From the NCBI GenBank assembly GCA_963822445.1, contig CAWGHO010000003.1, positions 1,440,001-1,504,000 of the forward strand: a stretch of 64,000 nt of DNA, in the 5' to 3' direction. The notes under the pieces are model-generated. The model ran no database searches and was not told where the DNA came from. It saw nothing but the letters and a program-made list of their open reading frames with translations. Below, piece by piece: positions 9,954 to 19,782 of this stretch. A program made the position numbers and the translations under genes. Numbering within the stretch: position 1 is the first letter of the stretch; every line of letters starts with the position of its first letter. This DNA comes from an uncultured Acidobacteriota bacterium (GTDB lineage Bacteria > Acidobacteriota > Thermoanaerobaculia > Gp7-AA8).

Positions 9954-11416
9954 CCCGCCGCGATCTGCTCGCGGCCTACCTCGGCGCTCCGTTCGCCGCG
10001 ATCGCCTGTCGCGAGCGCGCCGCGGCGCTTCCGCCGGGTGAGCTGGTCGGCGCATCGCACGAGCTCGGACATCGCCTGCGCGCCGGATCGCCTCCTCGGC
10101 CGGAGCGGTGGGAATCGCATGACGTCGTGATCATCGGCGCGGGCGTGGCCGGACTGGCCGCGGCGTGGCGACTCGGAGGCAAGACGCTCGTTCTCGAGCT
10201 CGAACCGGCCATCGGCGGTACGTCGCGCAGTGCGGCGTCGTATCCATGGGGCGCGCACTACGTGGTCGCGCCGTCGCCGGAGAATCGCGTGCTCACGAAG
10301 CTGCTCGAGGAAATGGGCGTGATGCGCGCCGGAGTGATCGGCGAGGAGTTCCTCTGTCGCGATCCGCAGGAGCGCCTTTTCTATCGCGGGCGCTGGTACG
10401 AGGGCTTGTATCTGCGCGCCGGCGCGTCGGCGGAAGACATGCGCCAGCTGCACGCGTTCGAGGCGGAGGTCGCGGCGTGGTCGAAGCGGCGCACGTTCGC
10501 GATTCCTGTCGCGTTCAGCACTGCCGACGCCGATGCGCTCGATGCGATCTCCATGCAGCAATGGCTCGATCAGCGCGGCTTCACCTCGCCGCGGCTGCGC
10601 TGGCTGATCGAATACGCCTGCCGCGACGACTACGGCACGCTCCTCGGCGACACCAGCGCCTGGGCGGCGCTCTTCTACTTCGCGTCTCGCGACGACCGGC
10701 CATTCATCACCTGGCCGGAAGGGAACGGGCGGATCGTGGCGCATCTCGCGAGGTACGCGCAGACGCGAACCGGCGTGCTCGTTCATCGCGTGAATGCGGT
10801 CGATGGCCCTGGCGAAGGCGGTGTCGAGATCCTCACCGACACGATCGGCATCCGCGCGCGGCACGCGATCATTGCCGCGCCGCAATTCATCGCCTCACGT
10901 CTGACCGGCCGTGCGAATGAGCTCACCTACGGCTCGTGGATGGTCGCGAACCTGACGTTGCGCGACCGGCCGAAATCGTCCGGCTTTCCGCTGGCGTGGG
11001 ACAACGTGATGTACGAGAGTCCCGCTCTCGGCTACGTCGTTTCGACGCATCAGCGCGGCGTCGATCATGGGCCGACGGTCATCACTTACTACTACCCGCT
11101 GTGCGATTCCGATCCGCGCGTCGCGCGCCAGCGATTGCTCGATGCCGGTCGCGATGAATGGGCGGAGATCGCGCTCGCCGATCTGTCGCGCGCGCATCCC
11201 GAGATGCGTACGCTGACGACGAGGATCGATGTGATGCGCTGGGGGCACGCGATGATTCGCCCGACCCCCGGTACCGTTCGCAGCGAGGCGCTGAAACGAG
11301 CCGCGGAACCGATGGGCAACATTCACTTCGCGAACACGGACCTCAGCGGCGTTGCGTTGTTCGAAGAAGCGCTGTATCACGGCGTGCGGGCCGCGGAAGA
11401 AGTTTTACTCGCCTGA
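9935..11416 (+). CDS. FAD-dependent amine-oxidase-like oxidoreductase with Tat-like/lipoprotein N-terminus
   Basis: TRRDLL...AAIAC; [15 protein letters not shown]; GGTS; WGAHY; CRDDYG; RWGHAM. Confidence 0.85.
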   Translation: MAALELTRRDLLAAYLGAPFAAIACRERAAALPPGELVGASHELGHRLRAGSPPRPERWESHDVVIIGAGVAGLAAAWRLGGKTLVLELEPAIGGTSRSAASYPWGAHYVVAPSPENRVLTKLLEEMGVMRAGVIGEEFLCRDPQERLFYRGRWYEGLYLRAGASAEDMRQLHAFEAEVAAWSKRRTFAIPVAFSTADADALDAISMQQWLDQRGFTSPRLRWLIEYACRDDYGTLLGDTSAWAALFYFASRDDRPFITWPEGNGRIVAHLARYAQTRTGVLVHRVNAVDGPGEGGVEILTDTIGIRARHAIIAAPQFIASRLTGRANELTYGSWMVANLTLRDRPKSSGFPLAWDNVMYESPALGYVVSTHQRGVDHGPTVITYYYPLCDSDPRVARQRLLDAGRDEWAEIALADLSRAHPEMRTLTTRIDVMRWGHAMIRPTPGTVRSEALKRAAEPMGNIHFANTDLSGVALFEEALYHGVRAAEEVLLA

Positions 11417-11644
11417 CTCGTCGCTCTCGGCGCGTTCTTCCATCTCCTGCATCGTCTCGACGACCTTCTTCTTCTCCGGCTCGAGCAGCGACTGAACGTT
11501 CAGGGCGGCGCTGCTGAGCGAGCCTGACGTTCCATGCTTGTCGCGCAGCATCGCGCCGATGACCAGCGCCAGGAGGCCGGCGATCACGGCGACGATGGCG
11601 AGCAGTGCCAGGATGCCGAGGAGGAGGTTCAGGCCTTCAGCCAC
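11405..11644 (-). CDS. Small single-TM hypothetical protein
   Basis: Hydrophobic N-terminus, acidic tail; start overlaps the end of the alkylation repair gene. Confidence 0.55.
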   Translation of the reverse strand: MAEGLNLLLGILALLAIVAVIAGLLALVIGAMLRDKHGTSGSLSSAALNVQSLLEPEKKKVVETMQEMEERAESDESGE

Positions 11645-12291
11645 GTCTTGCGCTCCGCTTCAGGGAACTTCTCGATTGCATACCGGAGCATCGTTCGCGG
11701 CATCTGCGACGCGTGTTTGGTCAGAAATGCGCGGAGCGCTTTGCCATCGCGATCGCCGACTTCGCGAAGCATCCAGCCGACGGCCTTGTGAATCAGATCC
11801 TCGGGATCGCGCAGAAGGACCTTCGCCAGCCGCAGGGTGTCGTCGAATTCATTGCGGCGGATGAAGTGCTGCGTGGCCACGATGGCGATGCGCCGCTCCC
11901 AGATCGAATCGGATTTCGCGAGTTTGTCGAGAATCGCGCGATCGCCATGCGTGCCGACGATGTCGCGGGCGGAGACATCGACGAGGTCCCAGTTGTTGAT
12001 GCGATCGATCTTGTCGAAGTACAGCTTGTAAACCGCGTCCGGTTCTTTCTTGTAGCGGCGGACGAGGATCATCAACGCGAGCGCACGCTCTTCGTGCCAC
12101 GGCGAATCGAGCATCTTCGCGATCTCCGCAAACGGCATGGCCTGGTACTCGCGCGAGAGCGCACGCAAGACCGGCGCTCGGATGCCGAGAAACTTGTCGT
12201 TGCCGACGTCCTTGAAATAGCGCTGCACGCCGGCGGCGTCGTCGGCGTTCGCGAGCTCGCGGAGGCGTCTGGCTACTGTCCTTCGATCCAC
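11629..12291 (-). CDS. DNA alkylation repair protein (AlkD-like HEAT-repeat family)
   Basis: FLGIRAP, HEERALAL, INNWDLVD, WERRIAIV, DLIHKAVGWMLRE, MPRTMLRYAIE; GTG start at 12291. Confidence 0.88.
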   Translation of the reverse strand: MDRRTVARRLRELANADDAAGVQRYFKDVGNDKFLGIRAPVLRALSREYQAMPFAEIAKMLDSPWHEERALALMILVRRYKKEPDAVYKLYFDKIDRINNWDLVDVSARDIVGTHGDRAILDKLAKSDSIWERRIAIVATQHFIRRNEFDDTLRLAKVLLRDPEDLIHKAVGWMLREVGDRDGKALRAFLTKHASQMPRTMLRYAIEKFPEAERKTWLKA

Positions 12292-12329
12292 AGGAGTTCG
12301 GCGCGGCAACGGCCCCGTCGAGAAAGTCG

Positions 12330-12605
12330 TCAGCCCGCGTGTGTAACTGCTGCGTTGGGCGCGGGTGCGCCTGCAAGCAGTCCTTGTGAGGAGAGATGCT
12401 CGTCCAGGTCGGGCCAATGGATTACGTACCCAGCGCCCATGATGCGCAAATTGTTTCTCTGCGATTCTGACGCATGCAGCAGCCGGGGATACCACGCGAG
12501 TGGAACAGTGATCGTGCGACCATCGAGCAGGTCGGCGGTCAGCGAGTCGTCAGTAACTCGCACAGCGGTGATGCGCTCGCCGGCTTTAGGTTCCGAAGTA
12601 CTCAT
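12330..12605 (-). CDS. DUF2442 domain protein (putative antitoxin)
   Basis: L.DGRTITVPLAWYPRL..A...QR......G...IHWPDLDEHLS. Confidence 0.88.
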   Translation of the reverse strand: MSTSEPKAGERITAVRVTDDSLTADLLDGRTITVPLAWYPRLLHASESQRNNLRIMGAGYVIHWPDLDEHLSSQGLLAGAPAPNAAVTHAG

Positions 12606-12747
12606 GCCACGTTCTCAAGCAGCGTTCTTCATGTTCTGTGATCAAGCGTTCGATCTTGCGGAGTTCATGCCGCGAGAAACCAAGATTGTAGGCGACGCGA
12701 CCGCTCCTTCTTTCGTCGAACATCTTCGCGATCTCGGCGAACGGCAT
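12586..12747 (-). pseudogene. 5'-truncated DUF4160-like gene fused to an alkD-like fragment (53 aa, absent from ORF track)
   Basis: Translated by hand: MPFAEIAKMFDERRSGRVAYNLGFSRHELRKIERLITEHEERCLRTWHEYFGT; the C-terminal half matches the DUF4160 tail and overlaps the DUF2442 start. Confidence 0.65.
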
Positions 12748-12754
12748 CGCTCTG

Positions 12755-13840
12755 CTACTGTCCTTCGATCCACAGGATGATCAGCAGCACGGTCAGCGCC
12801 GCGAGAATGGCGAAGGTCACCTTGATCCAGGACCAGGGCGCGGTGCCGGTGCATTTGCCGGTCACGCCGTTGACGAGATAGCGATAGGGCTTGCCGTGAT
12901 AGTCGTACGCGGCGATCCAGACCGGCAGCAGCGCGTTCTTGTACGCGACCGCGGAGAAGACGCTCTCCACCTCGAGGTTGCGGTGCGTGTCGCCGGGCAC
13001 TTCGTTCGCGCAGGCGTCGTGGATCTCGCGCTTCATGCGAACCTTCGCGAGCTCCAGCGCTTCCGGAAGATCGACAGCATTCTCCTCGGCCAGAAAGCCG
13101 GAGAGATACGACGGCTCGTACGGCGTGAGGTCGGCGGTGGGGAAGGGCTCGATCCCTCGGGCCAGGGTGTCGTCGATGCCGCGCGAGGCGGGAACGGGAA
13201 CGTCGTCGAAGAACTTGTCGAGCGCGCCGGATGCGGGCTCCCAGCGCACGCGGCGCTCGCGGCGCGTGGTCATGCGGCCGTTCACACGCACGCGAACATC
13301 GACGTAGTAGTAGTAACCGGCTTCCGCGGTCCACCAGTTCTGCGTCGCGGCGTCGAAGGTCCAGAAGGGGATGTAGACGCCCTGCATCTTGTCGACGCGG
13401 GACGCGCGCTTGAGATCGTTCGGCCGCAGCCAGAGCTTGCCGAGCCATGTTCGAAACGAGTTGAGCGCGGTCTCGCGGGTGATGCGAAACGGCAGCAGCC
13501 CCTCGGGACGAACGACAGGCGCGTGGGGCGGCGCTTCGACGACCGCGCTCGTGCCGCAGAACGCGCAGGCGCTGGCGGCGATGTGCGGATCGAGCGTCGT
13601 GTGCGCGCCGCAGCGCTTGCAGGCGACGACTTTGCGTTCCGCGCCCCAGCCGAGGTCGCGCGGTTCGCGCAGGGCGACGTCGACGGGACGCTCCTGCAGT
13701 TTCCCGGTGGCCGGCGCGATGGATTTCTCGAAGCCGCAATACGGGCACTTCAGCGCCGTGACGCCGGGATCCCAGCGGAGGTCGGCGCCGCAACCTTCGC
13801 ATGGGAACTTGCGCGCTTTGGCGGTTACTTGACTGGACAT
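12755..13840 (-). CDS. Double Zn-ribbon membrane-anchored protein (SPFH-associated)
   Basis: CEGCG, CPYCG, CKRCG, CAFCG; YIPFWTFD; LLPVW; VNGVTG; C-terminal TM. Confidence 0.8.
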   Translation of the reverse strand: MSSQVTAKARKFPCEGCGADLRWDPGVTALKCPYCGFEKSIAPATGKLQERPVDVALREPRDLGWGAERKVVACKRCGAHTTLDPHIAASACAFCGTSAVVEAPPHAPVVRPEGLLPFRITRETALNSFRTWLGKLWLRPNDLKRASRVDKMQGVYIPFWTFDAATQNWWTAEAGYYYYVDVRVRVNGRMTTRRERRVRWEPASGALDKFFDDVPVPASRGIDDTLARGIEPFPTADLTPYEPSYLSGFLAEENAVDLPEALELAKVRMKREIHDACANEVPGDTHRNLEVESVFSAVAYKNALLPVWIAAYDYHGKPYRYLVNGVTGKCTGTAPWSWIKVTFAILAALTVLLIILWIEGQ

Positions 13841-13845
13841 GTTTC

Positions 13846-13914
13846 GGAGTGCGGCGGCAGAGCCGCCGCTTTGCTAAGCGACGTACCAAAGCGGCGGCTT
13901 TGCCGCCGCACTCC
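13846..13914. repeat. REP doublet (REPIN-like), GGAG-headed palindromes
   Basis: GGAGTGCGGCGGCAGAGCCGCCGCTTTG (13846-13873) and its inverse (13887-13914), 1 mismatch; each arm is itself a hairpin. Confidence 0.85.
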
Positions 13915-15029
13915 TAGACCTTCGGTGGCGGGGGCGGCGGCATCGAGGACCCGCCACCACCCAACCCGAGCTCCGAGTACGTGTCCAGCGGCGCCCAACC
14001 GGCGGCGCCCGGACGCCAGGCCTGCGTCGACGACGCGACCTGTCCGCCCTGGATCATGTTCTTCAGCGCGTCGTCGGTGTACGGACCGTACGTCTTGCCG
14101 TCAATGGCCAGTGACCAGCGAGGGACGTTTGCGGCCGGGCCGGGGGGTGGAGGAGGAGCCGATGCGGAACCAGCGCCCATCGACTGCGACATCATCTGCC
14201 CCATGGCCATGCCCGCGCCGATTCCGGCGCCGGCTCCGGCCATGCCGCCGGGATTCGCGGCGGCGACTTTGATCGACTCCGCGGTCTGCATCTGCGCGTA
14301 CTGGTTCATCTTGTCGCCGAGCACGCCGAGCTTGGTCCGCTGATCGATCGCCGCCTCGACTTCCTCGGGCAGCGAGATGTTGTCGATGTTGAAGCGCGCC
14401 AGCTCGAGGCCGTAGCTCGCGAACGACGGAGCGAGCTCCTTCTGCGCGAGCGTCGCCAGCTCGCGGTAACCCGAGGCGAGATCGAGCGCGGCGATCTTCG
14501 ACTCGGCCACGATGTCCGAGAAGTGGCTGATGATCGTCGAGCGCAGCTGGCCGAGGATGTCCTCGGTGGTGGTGAGGCCCTGCGTGCCGACGACCGTCTT
14601 GAAGAACTCCTTCGGATCGGCGATGCGCATCGCGTACGTGCCGAAGGCGCGCATGCGGATCATGCCGAACTCCGCGTCGCGCATCATCACGGGGTTCGAC
14701 GTGCCCCACTTCAGGTCCGTGAACAACCGCGTGTTGAAGAAGTAAACCTCGGCCTTGAACGGCGAGTCGAAGCCGTACTTCCAGCTTCGCAGCGTCGTCA
14801 TGATGGGCATGTTCTGCGTCGACAGCTCGTAGCGGCCGGGCTTGAAGAGGTCCGCCACTTCGCCTTCGTTGACGAAGAGCGCGACCTGGTTCTCGCGGAC
14901 GGTGAGCTGCGCGCCCATCTTGATTTCCTGCTCGTGGACGGGGAAGCGGTAGACCAGAGTGTTTCCGCTCTCGTCGAGCCACTCGATGATCTGGATGAAT
15001 TCGTTTCTCAGCGCGTCGAACAAACCCAT
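13914..15029 (-). CDS. SPFH (band 7, YdjI-like) protein with C-terminal GYF_2-like domain
   Basis: IIEW..., QLTVRENQVALF, FDSPFKAEVYF, WGTSNP, RAFGTY, ISLPEEV; C-terminal GPYT...AWRPG..GW; GGAGG RBS. Confidence 0.88.
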   Translation of the reverse strand: MGLFDALRNEFIQIIEWLDESGNTLVYRFPVHEQEIKMGAQLTVRENQVALFVNEGEVADLFKPGRYELSTQNMPIMTTLRSWKYGFDSPFKAEVYFFNTRLFTDLKWGTSNPVMMRDAEFGMIRMRAFGTYAMRIADPKEFFKTVVGTQGLTTTEDILGQLRSTIISHFSDIVAESKIAALDLASGYRELATLAQKELAPSFASYGLELARFNIDNISLPEEVEAAIDQRTKLGVLGDKMNQYAQMQTAESIKVAAANPGGMAGAGAGIGAGMAMGQMMSQSMGAGSASAPPPPPGPAANVPRWSLAIDGKTYGPYTDDALKNMIQGGQVASSTQAWRPGAAGWAPLDTYSELGLGGGGSSMPPPPPPKV

Positions 15030-15103
15030 GGCCTGTGTCCCTCCGGTGAACGGTGAATATAACGTGGAATTCAGCGGTATGTTTCGGGTTGGGGAGCGTT
15101 CGC

Positions 15104-17130
15104 ATGATTCGCCAAGCCGCTCTGCTCCTCCTCGCCGCCCTGCCAGTGTTCGCTGACGAAGGCATGTGGATGCCGCAGCAGGTCCCCCAGCTGGCGGCCG
15201 GCCTGAAAAAGCTCGGGCTGCAGATCGATCCAAACCGTCTCTCCGAGCTGACCGGCGACCCTATGGGCGCCGTGATCCAGATCCCCGGCTGCACAGCCGC
15301 TTTCGTCTCGACGGACGGCCTGATCGCCACGAATCACCACTGCGCGTTCGGCTCGATCCAGCACAACTCGACCGAGGAGCGGGATCTGATCGCGAACGGC
15401 TTCCTTGCTCGCACGCGCGACGCGGAGTTGCCGGCCGCGCCCGGAACAAAGGTGTGGGTCACGACCGGAATCGAGGACGTGACCAGGCGGATGCTGAAGG
15501 ACGTCGATGCCGCGGCGGACGACGTCCAGCGGGCGAAGCTGCTCGATCGCCGCGAGAAAGAGCTCGTTGCCGAATGCGAGAAAGCGGGCGGCGTCCGCTG
15601 TCGCGTGTCGTCGATCTTCGAAGGCTCGCAGTACCTGCGGATGATCCAGTCCGAGATCACCGAGGTGAAGCTCGTTTACGCGCCGGCGAACAGCATCGGC
15701 GACTTCGGCGGCGAGATCGACAACTTCGAGTGGCCGCGGCACACCGGCGACTTCGCGTTCCTCCGCGCGTACGTGAACGGCAAGCCCTATCAGCCGAAAC
15801 AGTGGCTGAAGTTCGCGACGACGGACATGGACGAAGGCGATCTGGTGATCGTCGCCGGCTATCCGGGCGGACCTTCCGCTACCGCACGGCCGATGAAGTG
15901 CAGAACTTCGCGGAGTTCGTGTATCCGACGACGATCCGCTATCTCTCCGAGACCATCCGCCTGCTCGAAGAAGCAGGGAAGGAAAGCCGCGACGTGCAGA
16001 TCCGCAACGCGTCGCGCATCAACAGCCTCTCCAACTCGCTCAAGAACTACACGAGCGTCAGCGAGGGCTTCGCGAAGGACAGGATCGTCGACGTGCGCCG
16101 CTCCCGCGAGGGCGCGATCGCCGACGCGGTGAAAGCCGTGAATCGGATCAACGCGGACCGCGTCAGGAACCGCGAGGCGGATCTCGTGCTCGACTTCATG
16201 ACCGGCCGCGGCTCACCGATGCTCAGTCAGGCCATCACCATCGTGCGCATGGCCCGGGAGCGGACGAAGAAGGACATCGACCGCCTGCCGCGCTATCAGG
16301 AGCGGGACTGGCCGAACCTGAAGCAGTCGTCCGAGCGCGCGCAGCGGACCATGCACGCCGGCAGCGACAAAGCAGTGCTGAAGTACTTCATGGCCGAGGC
16401 GGCGAAGGTTGGGATTCCGGTTGCGGATGTGGAGAAGCTTTACGCGACCACGAAGATCGGCGACGCGGCGGAGCGCTTGAAGATGCTCGGCGAGTCGACC
16501 GAGCAGCTGCGGGCGCGTAACGACTCGATGCTCGCGTACGCGATGACCCTGGTGTCCCTCATCGAGGCGCGCGAAGAACGCGAGCTCGCGTCGACCGGTG
16601 CGATGGCGCGCGTGCGCCCGGCGTATTTCGAAGCGCTGCGCAAGGCCAGCGGCGGCACGCTGTATCCCGACGCGAACTCCACGCTTCGCCTCACCTTCGG
16701 CCGCGTCGAAGGCTACAAGCCGAAGGACGCGACCTGGTACACGCCGCAGACCACGCTGCGCGGGATCGTCGAGAAGGAGACCGGTAAGGCGCCGTTCGAC
16801 AGCCCGAAAACGCTGCTGGCCGCGGCGGCCGACGAAGCGAAGACGAAGCCGTATCTCGATCCCGAGGTGAAGGACGTGCCGGTGAACTTCCTCTCGTCGT
16901 GCGACACGACGGGCGGCAACTCCGGCTCGCCGACGCTGAACGCAAAAGGGGAGTTCGTCGGTCTGCTGTTCGACGGCAACTACGAGTCCATCGATGCCGA
17001 CTTTCTGTACAACCCAGCGGACACACGCTCGATCCACGTCGACGCGCAGTACATGCTCTGGGTGATGGACGCGGTCGATGGCGCGCATGAGCTGATGCGG
17101 GAGCTGGGTGCGACGCCGAAAGTGAAGTAG
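15104..17130 (+). CDS. S46 family dipeptidyl-peptidase (frameshift near 15868)
   Basis: Signal peptide then ADEGMWMP, TNHHC, DNFEWPRHTGDF, YPDANSTLR, DTTGGNSGSP. Confidence 0.9.
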
Positions 17131-17144
17131 CGGTTCGCGAGAGG

Positions 17145-17173
17145 TAATATTGCCCGAAGGAGGGCAATTATTA
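17145..17173 (+). promoter_or_regulatory. AT-rich hairpin/palindrome covering the Shine-Dalgarno sequence of the 17176 gene
   Basis: TAATATTGCCC-GAAGGA-GGGCAATTATTA ends 2 nt before the ATG. Confidence 0.45.
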
Positions 17174-17175
17174 TC

Positions 17176-18960
17176 ATGTCTCACAGTCGCCGGGTCCTCA
17201 TCGTTCTTGCCGCCACGCTCCTTTTCGTCGCACTGATCTCTTTCCCACGGCCCGCATCCGCTTTCACCCAGAGCGGCTTCGGATTCGGACTGGGCTTCGG
17301 TGACGTCGTGCCGATGGGCCACGAGTGGCTCACCCGTCTGGCCGCCATCGAGTTGATCGGCTACGCACCGGGCGGTGTGCCCGATTGCACGCCGAATGTG
17401 AGGTGGTGCGATCCGAACGACCCTCGGAAGACCTGGACGCAGGGGCTCGCGAGGAACCTCGATATCTCCTCGCCGGGCGCGCAGCGAGTCGTCGGCACCA
17501 TCAAGAGTGTGAGCTGGAACGATTCCCAGTACCGCTCGCGCTACAAGGCGGTGTACGACGTGATCGTCGGCCAGCGCTGGGTGGACATCGCCGGCTACAA
17601 CGCGCTGACGTCGCAGGGCTGCTTCAACTCCGTGGCCCAGGAAGCGGTGGACACGCAGTACGACCATGCCATGCGCCGCTGGGACGAGTCGGGAAGCGCA
17701 TCGGGAGTGACCGCATTCAAGGCATCGCGGGAACGGTTCATCGATTACTTCGTGAAGGCAGCCATCGCACCGCCGGCAGTCATCTCGGTTTACGACGGCG
17801 GCGCAATCGGATCAACGGCCGTCGAGGTCGACCGCAATTTCTTTCTCTTCGGGCGCGCGACGCATCTCTTCCAGGACTCGTTCAGCTCCGAGCACACGGT
17901 GCGTATCGCGTCGGACAACCACGTCAAAGTGCGGCAGGTCCTGAGCTACGCCTGTGCGCTGGGAACGGAGCAGCACACCCACTCCAAAACCGCCGTGATC
18001 AACTACACGAGCGGGGACGTGATCTGGAAGGCCGACTCGGCACTCGCCGGCGCGCTGGCTGCGAGCACCGTCGGCAGGACTGACAAGGATTGGAGCTCGT
18101 ACAAAGCGAGCAACATGAAGCCCATTGCGCTCGTCGCGACCGAGGCGTCGAAGGATTTGTGGGCTGCGATCATCCGGACGATGGGCGCGCCGGTCGCGGA
18201 CCGCGAGCGCATGGCGCGCGCGGAGGCGACCACGCTCGCCAACCACTGGCTCGGCTTCGAGGAGCGGGAGATGAGCACCTGGTACGACAACGCCGCGAAT
18301 CGCGGCCCGACCTACGTGGCTAATGCAGACGGCGTGAAGAAGTGCATGGCGGCGCTCAAGGTCGGAACGGACGATCCCGCGGTTCGGGCGAGACAGCTCG
18401 TCACCGACCGGCGCAAGTGTCTCTACAACGCGATCCCCTGGGCCGGCTACTCGGACCTCGCCGACACGTCCATGAACATCTGGTTCTCCTGGCAATGGCG
18501 CAACAAGGCGTACCTGGAGGAGCCGAAGCCCGCTTCGTGGCAACCGCCGAGATTGCCGGCGGACACCGGCACGCGCGTGCGCTTTAAGAGCGTCGACAAC
18601 GGTCAATACCTCGGCGGGAAGATCGGCCCCGAGGAATGGGTGTACTGCCGGGCGAGCGATCCTCCGGTCGACTTCACCATGGTCGGGCCGAGGCACAACG
18701 CGACGTTCCGTGTGACGAACGCGCCGAGCCTCTTCCTCAGCTACACCGCGGTGACTGGTGCGATGAAGTTGCACAAGCACCCGGCGGCGATCATCGATCC
18801 GACGAACTACAGCATCGTTCCGGCGTCGGGCAACTGGGCGTTGCACCGGGTGGCCCGGCCGATTTACTGGATGTGGCTGAGCGGGGAGTCGCCGTACATC
18901 TCCTACAGCGGCGATCCCAAGAAACGGCACTCGCAGTGGGTGATCGAGGGATTGCGGTAG
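17176..18960 (+). CDS. Secreted protein with putative Zn-dependent phospholipase C/P1-nuclease-like domain and beta-rich C-terminal domain
   Basis: Signal peptide (ASA|F), MGHEW, RWVD, DHAMR, GRATHLFQDSFSSEH resembling the G-x-x-x-H-x-x-QD metal motif. Confidence 0.5.
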   Translation: MSHSRRVLIVLAATLLFVALISFPRPASAFTQSGFGFGLGFGDVVPMGHEWLTRLAAIELIGYAPGGVPDCTPNVRWCDPNDPRKTWTQGLARNLDISSPGAQRVVGTIKSVSWNDSQYRSRYKAVYDVIVGQRWVDIAGYNALTSQGCFNSVAQEAVDTQYDHAMRRWDESGSASGVTAFKASRERFIDYFVKAAIAPPAVISVYDGGAIGSTAVEVDRNFFLFGRATHLFQDSFSSEHTVRIASDNHVKVRQVLSYACALGTEQHTHSKTAVINYTSGDVIWKADSALAGALAASTVGRTDKDWSSYKASNMKPIALVATEASKDLWAAIIRTMGAPVADRERMARAEATTLANHWLGFEEREMSTWYDNAANRGPTYVANADGVKKCMAALKVGTDDPAVRARQLVTDRRKCLYNAIPWAGYSDLADTSMNIWFSWQWRNKAYLEEPKPASWQPPRLPADTGTRVRFKSVDNGQYLGGKIGPEEWVYCRASDPPVDFTMVGPRHNATFRVTNAPSLFLSYTAVTGAMKLHKHPAAIIDPTNYSIVPASGNWALHRVARPIYWMWLSGESPYISYSGDPKKRHSQWVIEGLR

Positions 18961-18964
18961 CGCG

Positions 18965-19543
18965 TCAAGAACCGAATGGTCCGGTCGCATCGACTTTCGT
19001 CACGTGCGGCCGGACCTTTTCGTCCCAGTACTTCTGGCAGATGGGGACGTAATACACGCGCATGTTCTCGCCGGACGCGCTCCAGAAGTGGACCAGCCGC
19101 GGATTGCGCAGGAGCGTGTCGGTGAAGTAGTCGAGCGTGTCCTGCGAGAACCGGATACGTTCGGTGTCGCCGAGCTCCATCGCGTTCCGATGGAGATAGA
19201 CGGTCTGTTCGAACTGCGCGAAGAGGTACTGGGCCATCGCATCCTCGCGCAGCAGTGCCTCGGCACGCTGGTCGGGTGAGAATCCTGCCGTCGCCCGCTT
19301 GACCCGCTCCACGGCCGTTGGATACCGCTCGGGCGAGCAAACGAGGTGGCTGATCTCGATCGTCTCCATCCGCTTGGCGCTGATCTCGTGGTAGGTCGCG
19401 TAGGTCTCGTTGATCAGTGCCGTGCCTTCGCTGTCGGCATGCTGTTGGTTGGCGATGTGGATCGAATAGAGGGAGAAGATGAGCGCGAGCACGCCGGTGA
19501 CTGCGCCGACGTCCATCCACCAACGGTTTTTCTCGCCTTCCAT
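18965..19543 (-). CDS. Hypothetical protein, N-terminal TM and helical soluble domain
   Basis: 192 aa from ATG 19543; single TM; protein-like composition. Confidence 0.65.
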   Translation of the reverse strand: MEGEKNRWWMDVGAVTGVLALIFSLYSIHIANQQHADSEGTALINETYATYHEISAKRMETIEISHLVCSPERYPTAVERVKRATAGFSPDQRAEALLREDAMAQYLFAQFEQTVYLHRNAMELGDTERIRFSQDTLDYFTDTLLRNPRLVHFWSASGENMRVYYVPICQKYWDEKVRPHVTKVDATGPFGS

Positions 19544-19551
19544 CCGTGTGG

Positions 19552-19755
19552 CTAAAAGTGTAACCGAAGCACCTCGATGAACCCGCCGCGCATGCGGAGG
19601 TCGACGGTCCGGTCGTAAGCGTCGCGGATCCAGACCCGGTTGCCGGGATCGGTGGAATCGATCGAGTCGACCGAGGCCATCAATTCTTCGGGGGAGGCGA
19701 TGACCGCGCATTCGCCGTCATCCGTTATGATCCGCAGCGGAAATTCCGGCGTCAT
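19552..19755 (-). CDS. Small hypothetical protein
   Basis: 67 aa with protein-like composition; TAGGTT 6 nt upstream of the ATG. Confidence 0.55.
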   Translation of the reverse strand: MTPEFPLRIITDDGECAVIASPEELMASVDSIDSTDPGNRVWIRDAYDRTVDLRMRGGFIEVLRLHF

Positions 19756-19782
19756 ACGCCCAACCTACCAAGGAGTTCTTCC

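Larger units (their letters stand above)
12272..12777. repeat. 24-bp perfect direct repeat flanking a TA-type cassette
   Basis: GCTACTGTCCTTCGATCCACAGGA at 12272-12295 and 12754-12777. Confidence 0.95.
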
